From: Naegleria gruberi
Taxonomy: Eukaryota
Length of the DNA: 64,000 bases
Strand: one strand, 5' to 3'
Assembly (NCBI GenBank): GCA_000004985.1
Contig: GG738921.1
The notes below the pieces were generated by a model. It had not been told where the DNA came from, did no database searches, and worked only from the letters and a program-made list of their open reading frames with translations. Below are positions 12,612 through 26,231 of this stretch, one piece after another; position 1 is the first letter of the stretch, and each line of letters begins with the position of its first letter. Made by a program: the position numbers and the translations under genes.

Positions 12612-14052
12612 ATGACTGAACATACTCACATTTCATCTGATACTTATGAAAGAGAGCTATTTACAAAGGAAGAAAAATTCAATGTGTTGATTAATTATTC
12701 TCCTTCCGATGCTTGTTTTCTTGATGAAATTGATCAAATGATTGATGAACAAGCTGAAGATTCTTGGTTGAGAACAAACTTTAATTTCATCAAGTCTGAT
12801 ATGGATAGAGAATCAATTCAAGGAAAATTACATTTTGCAAAGGATGCTAAGCCTAAAACCATCATGGCCTTTAAATTTCCTTCTAAGGAGAGATATCTCA
12901 TGGATACAAGTAGTATGGAAATTACTAGGGAAAGTTTGACACAATTTTTAAAGTCAATTCTTGATGGTAAGGCTGTGAGATATATTGGTAGAGAAACTAG
13001 ACATGAAAATGATGAATATTCTCCAGAGATGAAACATTTAAAGAGTATTGTTTATGATACATTTGATGAAATTGTAATGGATTCAAAGAAGGATGTTTTT
13101 GTTGCACTTTGCTTTAATGAAACTCTTGAAGGAAATTTCATTTCAACAATGGCTAAAATTCTCCAAAATGAACCTAATTTGGTTATTGGTAGAATGAATT
13201 CTGCTTACAATGATTATTCTCTTGAATATTTTCCAAAAGAAAAGTATTTCCCAAAGCTAACATTCTTTAGTGCAGCTAATAAGACACCCATTATTGGAGA
13301 TGCTTATGTTAATGATGAATGCATTACTGCCAAACAATTATTGACATGGATTCATGAATCATGCACTCATAAATTTGATATGGAAAAGTATTTGGAACAA
13401 GTAACTCAATATGATGAATTGGCAGCACTTATTGATGAATGCAAATTAGCTGTATGGAAAGTTGAAAACAATTTACATTCCATTCGTTCAATCTTGCCAG
13501 ATTATAAACATCCAGCTGAAGAGTTTTCAATTCCATTGAAAGAACTTGTGAAAGGAGAGGATAAAAGCAAGATGAAAGAGCTACTGGAAAAGATTAAGAG
13601 TGTCTCTCTTCAAGATATGATTGATTTACTTGAACAATACAAGGCAGGAAAGACTATACATTTGAAAGCAGATGAAACTGTTGATAGTTATTATTTGGAA
13701 AGATATGAAAAGGTTATTGTTGATTTTACAGCAACATGGTGTGGTAAGTTTTTATTTGATATTTACAATTTGTTAATTAAATATATGGTATATACAAATT
13801 TGTGTTGTGAACTAATTAAAATAATTATTAGGTCCTTGTCAAGCTATTGCTCCACTTTTTGGATATTTATCAAGTATTGAACAAGATATTATTTTCCTCA
13901 AAGTTGATGCTGATGAATGTCAAGAACAATGTAAAGCATTTAACGTTGATGGTTTTCCAACATTTAAATCATTTAAGGGAAAGAATATGGTACAAGTTAT
14001 AATTGGAAGTGATTTGAAAGGATTGAAAAAGATGGTTGAAAATTTACATTAA
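12612..14052 (+). CDS. Thioredoxin-domain-containing protein (C-terminal WCGPC thioredoxin fold), one intron 13744..13831
   Basis: Exon 1 ends ...FTATWCG at 13743, and an 88-nt GTAAGT..TTAG intron follows. Exon 2 opens with G-PCQAIAPLF, which completes the WCGPC active site, and continues KVDADECQEQCKAFNVDGFPTFK to the stop at 14050-14052. Confidence 0.75.
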
Positions 14053-15482
14053 TTTCCAATATTTTTAATATGGAAATAAATTATATTAATAGCTTTAAAT
14101 AAAGATTTAATTTTTGGTAAAATTGTACTTGATAATATTGTATAAATAAAAATAAAATTTAATAATTCAACAATAGGTAATACTAAATTTGGAATTACAT
14201 TTCTATCAATAATATAATAATTAGTAATTAATCCAAATATAGTAAATAAAAACATGTAAGGTGAAACTCTATTAGAAACAAATTTAGAAATTATAATTAA
14301 ACAAATACAAATTGTAACGAGAATATTTCCAAATAGTAAACCAAAAAATTTAAATAAATTCCAAATTAAGTAATCTTCTCCCATTTGTTGATAAAATAAT
14401 TGTCTCATATTTGTAAATAATACAATATCCATATAAGTATTAAAATTACATAATAATAAAATTAGTAAAATTAAAAATATAATTTCAGGTAACATGTTAA
14501 AACATCCTTTTACCAAATTTGGAAAGTTAAATTTATAATTTAAACTTTTAAAAGAATTTCCAATATGTACATCACATGGTAAATCTGAAAAATATTCCAA
14601 AGAATCATCTCCAATATCAAAAAATGATAATTTTGGAACATTAATTACTAATTCCTTTTTTGGAATTATTAATTCTTGTTCAATAATTAAATCTAAAGGT
14701 AAATATGTACTCTTTTTAATATTATAATTATAAATTAGAGAACTAAATACTTGTCTAAACTTTTCCTTTCTTGATTTTTTAAAAGAATTTGAAAAATCAA
14801 AATCACGATCATGTGAAATTTGTAACTTTCTATTTTTGGTAATATCCATTGGTTTTATATCTAAAATTGAAATTGAATTATTATCATTATATCCATGTAT
14901 TAAATATAATTGTTTATCATCAATTACATCTTCACATATTTTGTTAATAATTCCATATTTGGAATTACAAGTTGCATATAGTAAAAAATCTGAAACTCCA
15001 ACATTTCTATTTTCAATAATTAAATCAATATAATTAAATCTCATCATAAATCTTAGACAAACTTTCAAATCCTCCTTATTTGAAATAATTCCATATTTGG
15101 AATCTTTTAAATTAATCAAATTTAATTCCTTTCCATTTGCAAACTTTTTCATAAATGAAATTCTAGAATGTGATAAAAATCTAACAAATCTACATTCTAC
15201 CAATTTTAGAAATATATTTTCCCTATTATAGTCATGTAAATAATTAAACCAATCAACTTGACAAATCATTAACCGATAAATATCATGAACATTGAGAAAT
15301 AAACAAATTTCATAGAGAATATACATGGAAATATGATGATTACATTGATTACATTGATTACTATTATTATCATATTCAACTAGTATATTATTATTATTTG
15401 ATAATGGTGTTGTAATTTCATGGTCATCATTATCATCATTTGGAAAAGATGACAATGATTCTTGTATGTTGGATGAGAACAT
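14049..15482 (-). CDS. Hypothetical multi-pass membrane protein (hydrophobic C-terminal third)
   Basis: It is a 477-aa ORF. The N-terminal region is N-rich and the C-terminal ~150 aa holds several hydrophobic segments. I recognised no family. Confidence 0.45.
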   Translation of the reverse strand: MFSSNIQESLSSFPNDDNDDHEITTPLSNNNNILVEYDNNSNQCNQCNHHISMYILYEICLFLNVHDIYRLMICQVDWFNYLHDYNRENIFLKLVECRFVRFLSHSRISFMKKFANGKELNLINLKDSKYGIISNKEDLKVCLRFMMRFNYIDLIIENRNVGVSDFLLYATCNSKYGIINKICEDVIDDKQLYLIHGYNDNNSISILDIKPMDITKNRKLQISHDRDFDFSNSFKKSRKEKFRQVFSSLIYNYNIKKSTYLPLDLIIEQELIIPKKELVINVPKLSFFDIGDDSLEYFSDLPCDVHIGNSFKSLNYKFNFPNLVKGCFNMLPEIIFLILLILLLCNFNTYMDIVLFTNMRQLFYQQMGEDYLIWNLFKFFGLLFGNILVTICICLIIISKFVSNRVSPYMFLFTIFGLITNYYIIDRNVIPNLVLPIVELLNFIFIYTILSSTILPKIKSLFKAINIIYFHIKNIGN

Positions 15483-15759
15483 TTTTTTTTAAAGAGATTA
15501 AAAGTTAGCACTTATGAACGTTTACTTTGTTTTGAACCTTCTTTAAGTTTCTTACATGTTTCCGATTAACAAGTCCTCTCTCTCTTTGTGGTACATTGGA
15601 AAATTGAGGAAAATAAGAGGATTTGAGAAAAAAACTTGAAGATTCAATCGACTACTACACAAAGATATCCATAGAGTAAATAATTGCATTTGTATTGTTC
15701 ATTCAAAACTAATTTCCTTTTTGGTAATATTGACAAATTAAAAAAAACAATTAAAAAAA

Positions 15760-16392
15760 ATGAAAAGATTCACTGCATGGTATTTGAGACAATTAGATAC
15801 ACGACCAATTCTCACAAAATCCATCAGTAGTGCCTTCTTGGTTGGATTAGGTGATTTACTTACACAAACCTTGGAAATGAACAATCATCCTAATCATCCA
15901 AATCAACAACAATATTTATCGGAGGCTAACAATCAGCCACCTATTCATCATCATCATCATCAATATGATTATGTACGTGTATTGAAAATGGCTAGTTATG
16001 GTTTATTTGTGATTGGACCAACACTTCATTTGTGGTATAAAGTATTAGATAAATATGTTGCTAAGAAATTTGCAACAGGTTACATTCCAACGAATAGAGA
16101 TAAAACAATGAATGCTATTAGACAAATGGTTGTAGATCAAAGTTTATTTGCACCATTTTCACTTGTACAATTTTTAACATATATGGGACTTGTTGAAGGA
16201 AAAACATTTCAATCAGTGTTGGATAAATTGAAAGTGGATATGTGGCCAACACTTGTTGTCAATTGGTATATTTGGCCTGCTGCTCAAATGATTAATTTTA
16301 CTTTAATTCCATTACAATATAGAGTTTTATTTGTTAATAGTATTGCTATATTATGGAATGCTTATTTAAGTCATGTTCAACATAAGGATTAA
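15760..16392 (+). CDS. Mpv17/PMP22 family membrane protein
   Basis: The family pattern is present: LHLWYKVLD, DQSLFAPFSLVQFL, WPAAQMINFTLIPLQYRVLFVNSIAILWNAYLS. Confidence 0.8.
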   Translation: MKRFTAWYLRQLDTRPILTKSISSAFLVGLGDLLTQTLEMNNHPNHPNQQQYLSEANNQPPIHHHHHQYDYVRVLKMASYGLFVIGPTLHLWYKVLDKYVAKKFATGYIPTNRDKTMNAIRQMVVDQSLFAPFSLVQFLTYMGLVEGKTFQSVLDKLKVDMWPTLVVNWYIWPAAQMINFTLIPLQYRVLFVNSIAILWNAYLSHVQHKD

Positions 16393-19300
16393 TTTATTTT
16401 AATTAACATATCAATAATCTTGGTAAGAGTTCTCATGGCATTTTGAGAAATGGTTGGATTAAGATTGGCATGTAAAACACGTGGAGGTTCCTTCTCAGCA
16501 ATGATAAATAATCTCTCTAATAAAATTTGCTTGGATTCATTTGTATTACAGAATGGGAATAAATCATAAGCATACTTGATAGCAATATCTTTAACATTGG
16601 TATTCTCATGAACAAGACAATCAAGATAGAATGGAATGATTGTAACATGTTGTTTAGAATCATGTTGTAAACATCTTATTAATAATTGATAACTAATTTC
16701 CATAACTTGTCTATTACTCTTCACAATTAATAAATCTAATAATTGAGGAATGAAATGAACTAGAATACCTGGTTCATATTGTGAAATTGAATCAATATCT
16801 GTCAATGTATCCATTAACATTCTATTATTTGACTTTAACTGAGAACTATTATAATGTAATTTGGAAGAATATTCTTTGGCCATAGATGATGATGATACAA
16901 CAATTGCTGAAGAAGAACCATTTAGTGTTCCATTACTACCTCCATTCAAATGATGCACATTTCTATGATTAAGATTTGTTGTTAAATGTGAGGCAAATGT
17001 GGAATTGACAGTAGAGTCTTGTAAAGTTAAGAATTGATTATAATTCAATCTGATTCGGAATTGGAATATTTCTTCCTCAGTAACTGGCAATAATGTGAAT
17101 TGCTTCTTGTTAATAAGTAAAAAGGCATTTTCTTCTTGAATGTTATCAAGTTGATGTAGAATATTCAATAAATATTTGATTTTAGGTATTTCAGGGAAAA
17201 TTTCTTGAATCTTGATTATTAAATCCTTTTGGTTAGCAAGGAAGTTGAGTGTATCCATGTTAGACTTGTAACCTTCAAATAATATGTAATTGCAAACAAA
17301 ATCCATAAACTTGGAAACAAATTCTACAAATAAATGTTGATCGCTATTAACAATCATAGAGGATTGATTCAGAATAGTAAAGTAGGTTTCCAAGATCTGG
17401 ATCAAGATATCCTTGAAATTGAATAGATGAGGTCTAAGAGCATCCAAAATGGCAAGAATTTGAGTACTGATTCTAAGAATTGGTCTCAACTCCTCAGTTG
17501 AAGTTTTGCTAGAACTAAAGTTAGTTTCAATGAGGGCTAAAATATTATCCAAGTATCTGATAACCAGGTAAGGATACAAGAAAGCTATTTGTCTAAACAT
17601 TGAGAATGCAAAGTTAGAAATTTCAACATTATCGGTATATGAATAGTAGGATAACAAATGTCCCAAACGATGAAGCATGGCATCCAAACTAGTTGTCATA
17701 TTCTTGCAAAGTGACTCATTTGAAACTATTGGAGTTAGTAACTCGTTCAAGTTATCCAATTTTTGTAATTCATTAGAAAGCTGAGTTGGGAAACAGCAAT
17801 AAATCCATCTTAGCAAAGTTTGACTCTTTTCATCATCAAGTTGATTCATCAAAAATTTGACTGTAACTTGTAAATTCTTTTCACTTTGAGACATGATATC
17901 TACTAATAAACTCAAGTAATCTGAATAAGGATATTCGCTCAACATTGTCAATAGAGTTGTATCATAGCTTCCATTCATATTTTCCTTCAACAGAGAAAGA
18001 ATACATGATGTCACAAATAAGCAAATATCTGACTTTAAGGTTATTGGCAATTTCAATCTACTATTTGTATAAATATCATCAATATTTGTCATGGCCTTAT
18101 AAACTTGAATGAATCTAAGTGTTGACTTGACGAGAAGATCTTTCTCTGAAACCTTGTAAATTTCATTTAAATGTACAGTCAACTCTTGTCTACTACTTGA
18201 ATGAATCATTGATGTCATTAAAAATGTGGAAACATAAGGTCTAATCGAATCAAATTCTGGATTTGAGACAAATAATGCATTTTGTGTTGTCTTTGAGTAG
18301 CTGGATGGATCATTTTGGGAAATAGAGTCCAAAAATAAACCACTCAAGAGAGTTGCCTGCAGATCATTAGGTTGCATTAATGAAAAAAGTTTAGAAAGCA
18401 TGGACAAATCGTTGGAGGTTGAATTTTCAACAATCCATTTCACAATATATTCAGAAATACTCGAACCGGAACCAATTAATTTCACCAATAACGGAGAAAG
18501 TGACTCAAAATCTTGTTTCAATTGTACTTCTCCATCGTATGATTTCATTTCAATACTGTATTGATAGAGAGATAGATCCTTGTCTTCTGCAATACTTGTA
18601 ATATTTGGTGTCTCTAGTTGCAATGTATTATCTAAATGTTCTACAAAAGAAGATAAAATTGAATTTCCCAAATGTAAAGAGTATGTCTGATTATTGACAC
18701 AATAAAATGCCTTGACCAAGTAATTAAACCATTCACTTGCAGGTTCATTCAATAAATTTGTATGTAAGGAAATGTTAATTAAACAATAAAGCCCAAAACC
18801 ATTATGGAATTCATCGAAGAATGTGCTGTCTTGGTAATAATTACCAAGTGCAATAACAAGTGATGATAAAAGCTCTGAATTTCTTTCCACATCTGAAACT
18901 CTGGAATTTAAACCTGTAGAATGATTAATGAAAGAAATAAAGTTGAGAATGGAAATTATTTCCTCCTCTCTTTTAGATCTGCTTGATGCAAATAATTCTA
19001 CCAAACTATTTGCTGTAAAGGCATACATATGAGAGAAAGTGGCATCATCAGAATAGCTTTGAATAATAAACTCTTCATCATCTGTCATTAGGGTTGAGTT
19101 TTCAACATTTTCTGTTCTAACAAAAGCATCAAAACAAATATTTTCATTGAATTCTGATTCTTCTTTCATGTTGATTTCAATACTGTACAAAATAAGTTGT
19201 TGTAATTGTGCATAATCTGGATTCTTTCCATGAAGAATGGACATTTTCAAAAAGCTTTGAATGTCTTGACGTTCGTTTGGTTGTAAGGAATTAGCGTATG

Positions 19301-22300
19301 AAAAAAATTCTGTTACACTAGCAAGACGTGAATAAATAGAGCACATTGAGTAATCAGTCAAGAAATGAGTTCCATTTAACAAGAGTAACATGTCAGTTAC
19401 GTTTAACATTGATACTCCAATATCTACAAGGTTAGTAGCATGTGAACCAACAAAAATAAGAGCATATTCCTTAGAAACCAATGATCTTGTGTCCTGTGGG
19501 TTATTTTCAAAATAATAATAGGAAGATTTTTGTATCAGGGAAAGCACTTGCATAAAATTATCAGTAGTTGATAATGTAGGAATGGAATAAATAATGGATA
19601 CAAAGGCTAATAGCCCATTCAAAAAATTGATAGAAGAGGTTAGTGTACTATTCATAGATTGAATGACAATCAATTCTTGTGGATCAACAAATGTCTGAAT
19701 ATTTGATTGTGTTTGAATATCGAAAGACATGTAAAATACCTCTTGCAAAGTTAGGGAAATTTCTCTAAAATTATTGACTAACAACTTTTCAGAAAAATAT
19801 CTCCTCTTAGTAAGCATATTAGAAACCTCTAGGCATAAATTGAAATCTAGTCTCTTGAGTTGCATCAAATGAATGAATGATGTAAGGAAATTAATATCTG
19901 TTTCTATCATTATTAACTTGGAGAAGGTTTCCCATAAAATTTGGGTATCTACGAATTGAAGTTTGTCAATATCAAGTACCCAATCATATTCGTTATTTTC
20001 CGATCCATCTAGTAATTTACAAAGGGCGTATTGTGATAACTTTCTTTCCATAAAATCTTCGTTTGCCAACCTAGATATAAAAAATGTTGAAACATTTACA
20101 GCATCACCTTGCACACTTCCTCTCAAGTAAAGCTTTAACTTTTCAATAATTTGGAAAATAAGATTTTGGTTTTGTGTGTCGTTTCTACGTTTCAAAATAG
20201 ACACAAGATATTCACATAAAATGGATGAAGGTAAAACTTGAATCGTAACTTGAGCCTCATCTTGAGATATTTGAATAATAGAATCTATCCATGCAATAGC
20301 ATTAGAAACGTTAGGTTCTTTTTGTATCATTTGCATGAGTAAATCAGGTTGTCTACATCCTCTAAGGCATCTTCCCAATTGGAATTCCACTTCATACCTT
20401 CTCAAATCTCTTTGGATTGCAATTGGCATTACTCTTCTCTCTCCATTACCAACTTGGGTCCTTTCATGTAACATGAAAGTATCCATAATATTTTCATATG
20501 GTTGATTATTTTTTCTAAATATTCTCTCAATAATGTCACGTTCTTCTCTAACTAAATATTCACTTTCAATGTCAGATTCCATAAACTGTAATTGGTTTTT
20601 GATAAGATATTCAATAATGTTTCTAAATGTTGGGAAAGTGCTCATTATGGGTTCACATAGTGTTTGAGGATTCATTGAAATAATAATAACAGATACAAGA
20701 ACAGAGTTCCAATACCATTGTCTTAAAACTATTTCATCAGTGAACTTTTCATCAAGTGGTTGAATATTTGAATTATATTTACACAACTCTAGCATATTTC
20801 TAATAATATCTACAGAACTAACGTATAATGAAGGTCTATTCAATACTTGAGGTAAAGGTTTGTTGTTCGTTTGTAAAAATTGCCTAGTGGCCACCATTCT
20901 ATATCTGAATTTAGCGGATTTTAAAACTTGAGTTTGAAGTAAAAACAAAGCATCAGCATATTTCAAGTTTTGATCAACAAGAGCCATTTCTTGGATATTG
21001 AGAAGGGAAGCCTGCTCACATGGTAATTCCTCCAACCAATATCTTATTTGCTCGAATGCTACTGGTGGATTTGGGGGCAGTTCACCCAATACAGCTTGCA
21101 TAAAATTATTATCAGAAAGTTGTTGAATATCGAAAAACAAGAATTTTTGTAAGAACGAGTTCAACTCATCCTTATCCGTACCCAAATATACCGGTAATTT
21201 TCCTCTACACCATGCAATAGCGTCGTTTTGGATAAGAGAAACTTTGAATCTTAATTCTTGATCTTCTACTTCTTTTTGGTTATGAGAAATAATAATACTT
21301 AAAATAATCATTCTAACCAGCTCGAATAGGTTAGTGATCCATCTTTTTCTCGTCTGAAGATTTTGTTGCTTCATTTGTTCTCTTTCAACAAACAAACTGG
21401 AGCATAAATCCACAAAATCGAATTGTCCTGTTGTAGCATTGGCTGCTGAAGAAGCACTTTGTGAAGGAGGATAATATGAACTCTTAATTATCTTTCTTGT
21501 TAACATTTTAAAAGTCTTGAAATATTCTGCATCACCTGAAGCAACCATTTCCTGAAGGGTATAACCCAAATGTCTTTCTCTGTATGATGGAATAGCTTTA
21601 AATATAGTCAATAGGTTTTTGAATGTATTTCCACTCTTATGGTGTGGAGGTGCTTCCATAAGCAAAAACTTTCTCAAAGCAATAACTGGAAATGCAACAT
21701 TATTTTTTACAATATTTGCCACTGCATCGACTTGTGTTTGAATATTATTTGGCTTTAACTTCATATTTACAATGTAATCAAATGCAACTCTATCTCCCTC
21801 TTGGAACATATCTGGTTGGTCCTCTCTAATATAAAAAGACATTCTCGTTAATAAATCCTTAGCATATTTAACAATTTGTAAATTGGTATTTCCGAGCCAT
21901 GATTCCATATTCTTAGCTGCAAAACTTCTAACTTCTCTGACTTTTACACAATACGTACAAAATCTGATAATATTTTCAAGTCTTTTCTTCGTGTTTCCTC
22001 TAAATTGATCCAATATTGAAATAACTATTTCTTTAACTTTAGTTAGGGTTGAATATTCATTATATCTAGAAGGAATATTAGCATACTCGGTATCGTTGAC
22101 AACTGTAGTCGTTTCTGGATCCCTAATTCCACTCAAAATATTATCCACAAACTCTTTGGCATATTCATGTTCACACCAAATACGATCCTCAAGAGAATCA
22201 TTAAACAGTGCACAAATGAATTCCCAATTCCATTCTTCACTAGATGAGCTTGGTGAATTTGATGAAATATCCTCCCCAGATAATAAACTTGTTACATCTC

Positions 22301-23201
22301 CTTGTTGTAACATTTCACTTCCATTTAATAATCCATTAGACAATTTAAATAAAATGTCGCAACAAATAAGACAGAAATAAGTGCCTTTTTTCACAACACT
22401 AGTTTGTGCATTTGGTCCTGAAGCTCCTACATTTGGTTGATTTGGTCCACCTGTACCACCCTGTGGATTTCCAGTTCCACTTGGTGGTGCTCCAGTTCCG
22501 AAATGTTTGTTTGTTAAGAATAAATAAGATAATAATTTTTGTTTGATATTAATTGTGTCAAAAACTTCTACATTCTTTTTGGCCAAGTAGGACATACTAA
22601 CATAAATATATCGTAAATCGTTTTGTTGTTGCTGTTGTGGTGAATTAAATAATAAGTACATTTGATCAAAACAAGCAAATATTAAAGATTCCTTTTGTAA
22701 TGTATTATTCGAATTATGAAACTCTAGTATTTGTGTCACAATGTCATCATAATCTTTTGAAATTTTAATTCTAACTAGTAATATCAATTACTTACCATTT
22801 ACGATCTTGGCACATTTCTTCTTATCATCTGCGCTCAAGTTATTCATTTGAGTAAATTGTTGTACCATTGTATTAAATATCATCAAGGCATTTTGATTAG
22901 TTGATTGATATTGAATGTTATCAGAAGGATTCCTAGATGTTACAACTCCATGAGAACTACCAGTACTTCCTGGGGCTACATAAAAACTTGTTGGATGATA
23001 TCCAAATTGTTGTTGTTGTTGTACGAAAGGGGAAGCATATTGTTGGTTTTGTGGTACGGAATATCCTCCTTGTTGCATATAAGCTTGTTCGAATGGTGAT
23101 GTCCGATTAGTGTTAGGATTTGCATTTCCCAGTGGTACCATTCTTCCCGATGATGATCCTCCTATTGCAGAGTTATCAATCATTTGAGACTTTTTGGACA
23201 T
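16389..23201 (-). CDS. Integrator complex subunit 1 (INTS1)-like, ~2270 aa; 5' exon 23201..22796 separated from main ORF by an in-frame TAA / candidate mini-intron
   Basis: Three blocks match recalled INTS1: EDRIWCEHEYAKEFVDNI against ERIWVDSPHCKTFVDNI, IYVSMSYLAKKNVEVF against YLSLMYLAK..P.IF, and RFCTYCVKVREVRSFAAKNMESWLGNTNL against CGYKEVRLLAVQKLEMWLQNPKL. The upstream ORF 22788..23201 (ATG at 23201 in an AAAATG context) is in the same frame as the 2132-aa ORF. A single TAA inside GTAAGTAATTGATATTACTAG... separates them. Confidence 0.65.
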
Positions 23202-23451
23202 TTTTTTATTAATATTTTTATTTTAATTTTTTTAAATTCTTCTTTGTATTTTTAATTGATTTGATCAAAGGTCTTCGGAAGGCTTGCAAACAGTCTATTA
23301 TCAAAAACATAGTGCTAATTTCATTGTTGCATAGTGTATATTGCCAGCTTCTATTCAAATTCATTTTGTATTTTGTTTTTACTCGATGAATGTTACACAT
23401 TTTGGAGTGGAGCTTCCAATGATCATTCGAACACACAATTCAAAAAAAATT

Positions 23452-23976
23452 ATGTCCACCACAACAGATCAAACTGCTATTAAAATTATTACTCTTCCGG
23501 CTAAGAAATATCTTGGAGTAAGAAGAAATAATATTTCAATTGCTGATGGTGATTTTCCAAAATGGATCAAAGAAGCTTCTCGTTTAATTTCACCAGTTTT
23601 GAATAGAACATGTTATCCAACTGTAACAGCCTTTCCAAGATTTGTCAGCCCACAAGATGCCGATATCGAACATTTGTTATTTGTCGATCAAGAATTGAGT
23701 ATTGATTCTGATCTAGTGAATAGAGTTGAAAACTCTCAACCAAATGATGAAGGATTAAAGGCTCAGTTATCTGAAATGCCAAGTGGAGAATATGCCTACT
23801 TCAGATATGTAGGTCCTTACGAAGGACTGTCTAGTGTTTGGAATAAGCTAATGAAAGAGAAATTGAGTGGCTATGTCCATACAGAGCCATGTTGGGAGGA
23901 ATATATTAATGATTGCACACAAGTGAAGAAGGAAGAACTTATTACAGATTTATATTGGAAACTTGAAAAACAATAA
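23452..23976 (+). CDS. GyrI-like / AraC-effector-binding-domain small protein (bacterial-type fold)
   Basis: Two blocks are typical of GyrI-like (SbmC/Rob C-terminal) domains: MSTTTDQTAIKIITLPAKKYLGV and GEYAYFRYVGPYEGLSSVWNKLM. The ORF has no N/Q runs and somewhat higher GC than its neighbours. Confidence 0.5.
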   Translation: MSTTTDQTAIKIITLPAKKYLGVRRNNISIADGDFPKWIKEASRLISPVLNRTCYPTVTAFPRFVSPQDADIEHLLFVDQELSIDSDLVNRVENSQPNDEGLKAQLSEMPSGEYAYFRYVGPYEGLSSVWNKLMKEKLSGYVHTEPCWEEYINDCTQVKKEELITDLYWKLEKQ

Positions 23977-24939
23977 ATTTCAAGAAAACTTGGAAGCATG
24001 ATACAACAGTAGTTATTAAGGTTGAATTGTCTTTTCTCATTCTTCCTTAAAATCGAAATGAGTTCAAAAATTAACATGCATATCCAAACTTAAAAACCTG
24101 TTCCTTAAAGGAAAATGAAAACAATTTCCTTATTTAAACCTTAACAAAACAGTAAAAGAACTACTTATGAAGAAAAGGAGGAACTTAAAGGCCGTGGAGT
24201 TTTAATCCCTAAAAATTCTCTCATCTAAGATTTCATTTGAAAGGTTTTGTGTTAGTAGTAAGAAGAATAATCATGTTAATACAACCAATTGTATTTGGCA
24301 AAACTAGCATTAATTTGAATGACACTTGAAAAGCACTTGAAATAAAGATTACGCTTGTCGGATTGTGATGATTAGAAATCACTTGGTGATTCTTAACAAC
24401 TCTAAAAAACAAGTCCATTCTCTCTGTGAGTGTCCATTTCTCACCCAAGTAGTTGTTATTGTTATTGTACATAAGAAGAGAACATCAGTATTGTTGTTTC
24501 ATCATCAAAATTGTTGTTAGTTTCAAAAGTAAACTCCATATCTCTCATAGGCCACCATTCCTAGTTTGGATCCAAAAAGCCAACCCTATTCGAATTTCGA
24601 TAACCAAATAAAAGAGCAACCACCTATAGAGTTAATAACAACATTGAGAGAGGTAAATTAATAACTACATCATACTTTGAATAGCACACATTGTATTCTT
24701 ACACGTGTTAGCAGCAACATTGAGACGAATTTCATATAGCCACTCTCACACACAACAGATTAACTGGAGAGAGTAATATTTCATCAAGTAATTGTGCTGT
24801 ACATTGTTTCATTGAAATCTAGATTATCCATCATCATCACCTTCATCAATTATTAATTACAGCAAGAATCAATAATTAATAATATATTCACTTCACCACC
24901 TCTCTACTACAACATCACTACTTTAACCTAATAACAATA

Positions 24940-26227
24940 ATGAATAATAATTTAATGATGAATCATAATAACAATACTCAAAGATCATCTCCTCCATCTT
25001 CCACTAGTTCTCCTCTCACGCCTCAAACCCTACTACATAATAATAATAATAACAATGGAATGATGTTTAATGATCAAAGTATGCCTCCTCCTTCATCAAT
25101 TTCCCCTGGTGGTAATAGTAATAATATTAATGTATTTTCAACTCTTCAACAAATAGCCTCCTCTAATCCAAATAGTCAAACTATGCAACTACTCAAACAT
25201 ATACAAACATTACCACCCAATCTACAACAATTATATTTACAAAGACTATTACAACAATTGAATCAATTAAAAACCACATCATCGGGTGATGGAAATATTG
25301 TCCAATCTCCTAATAATACCACGAATCATATGATGTTAGCAAACAATAATAACAATAACATTGCCTCTACGGCAGTGACGAGAAATAATCAATCAAACTT
25401 GACAATGAATGCAGCAGTGACACAAAACCCATTATCCTCTTCGAATACTCCAACCATTGTAATTCCTAATAATAATAATAATAATCATGCAACAACAGGA
25501 TCAATCATCATTACATATTTCAAGTAATGGTAATTCATTTCATGTTAATAACAATAATAATGGTGCCACCATTGGTCCAGGTGGTATCCTGAATCTTGTC
25601 AATAATTCATCAACAGTCTCAACTCAACCTTCTTCCACAACAATGACATCACTCAATGTAAAAAACAATAGTGGAAGTGGACTTTTCGACCTGACCATGT
25701 TTTCTAATCAAGCAACAGCCAATTCTAAAAATCCTGTACTTCAGAATCTTTCCAATGATATTCTGCTTAAATTATATCAACAACAAATGCAATCACAACA
25801 TCCTTTTAATCACGGAGACAAATTTGTATTTGAACAACAAACTTTTGAATATCAAGTGGAAACTTTAGATGATTTACTGAAAATTGGTATTGGGAGATGG
25901 AAGAATTTAATTCAAAGTAATTTAGTTAATAATCAACAACAACAACAACAACAACAACAATTAATATCATCAAATGGTAATATGACAATGAATAATGTTG
26001 TCATGACTAGTAATAATAATAATAACAATAATATGGGTATTAATAGTATGAATAACAATATTATGAATGGTATGAATGGTACAATAGTAACAACAGCAAC
26101 GAATCAACCAGTCTATATAGCGCCTGGTAATTCTGCTTTTCAGAAATATATGAAAGATTCTTTACATGGTAGTGTACAATATTTTCCACAAAGACAAGTT
26201 GATGGAAGTGTTAAGATGAATGAATAA
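24940..26227 (+). CDS. Gln/Asn/Ser-rich hypothetical protein; two overlapping frames (24940..25527 and 25487..26227) imply a frameshift in an (AAT)n run
   Basis: Both ORFs share the same low-complexity composition. The frame switches within AATAATAATAATAATAATCATGCAACAACAGG near 25480-25500, and no intron signals are present there. Confidence 0.4.
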
Positions 26228-26231
26228 GTCT

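Noticed and set aside
16389-22787. Small + strand ORFs (18419..18601, 22096..22380) and others antisense to the INTS1-like gene
   Set aside because: These are shadow ORFs within a 6.4-kb coding region. The sense strand has extended homology.
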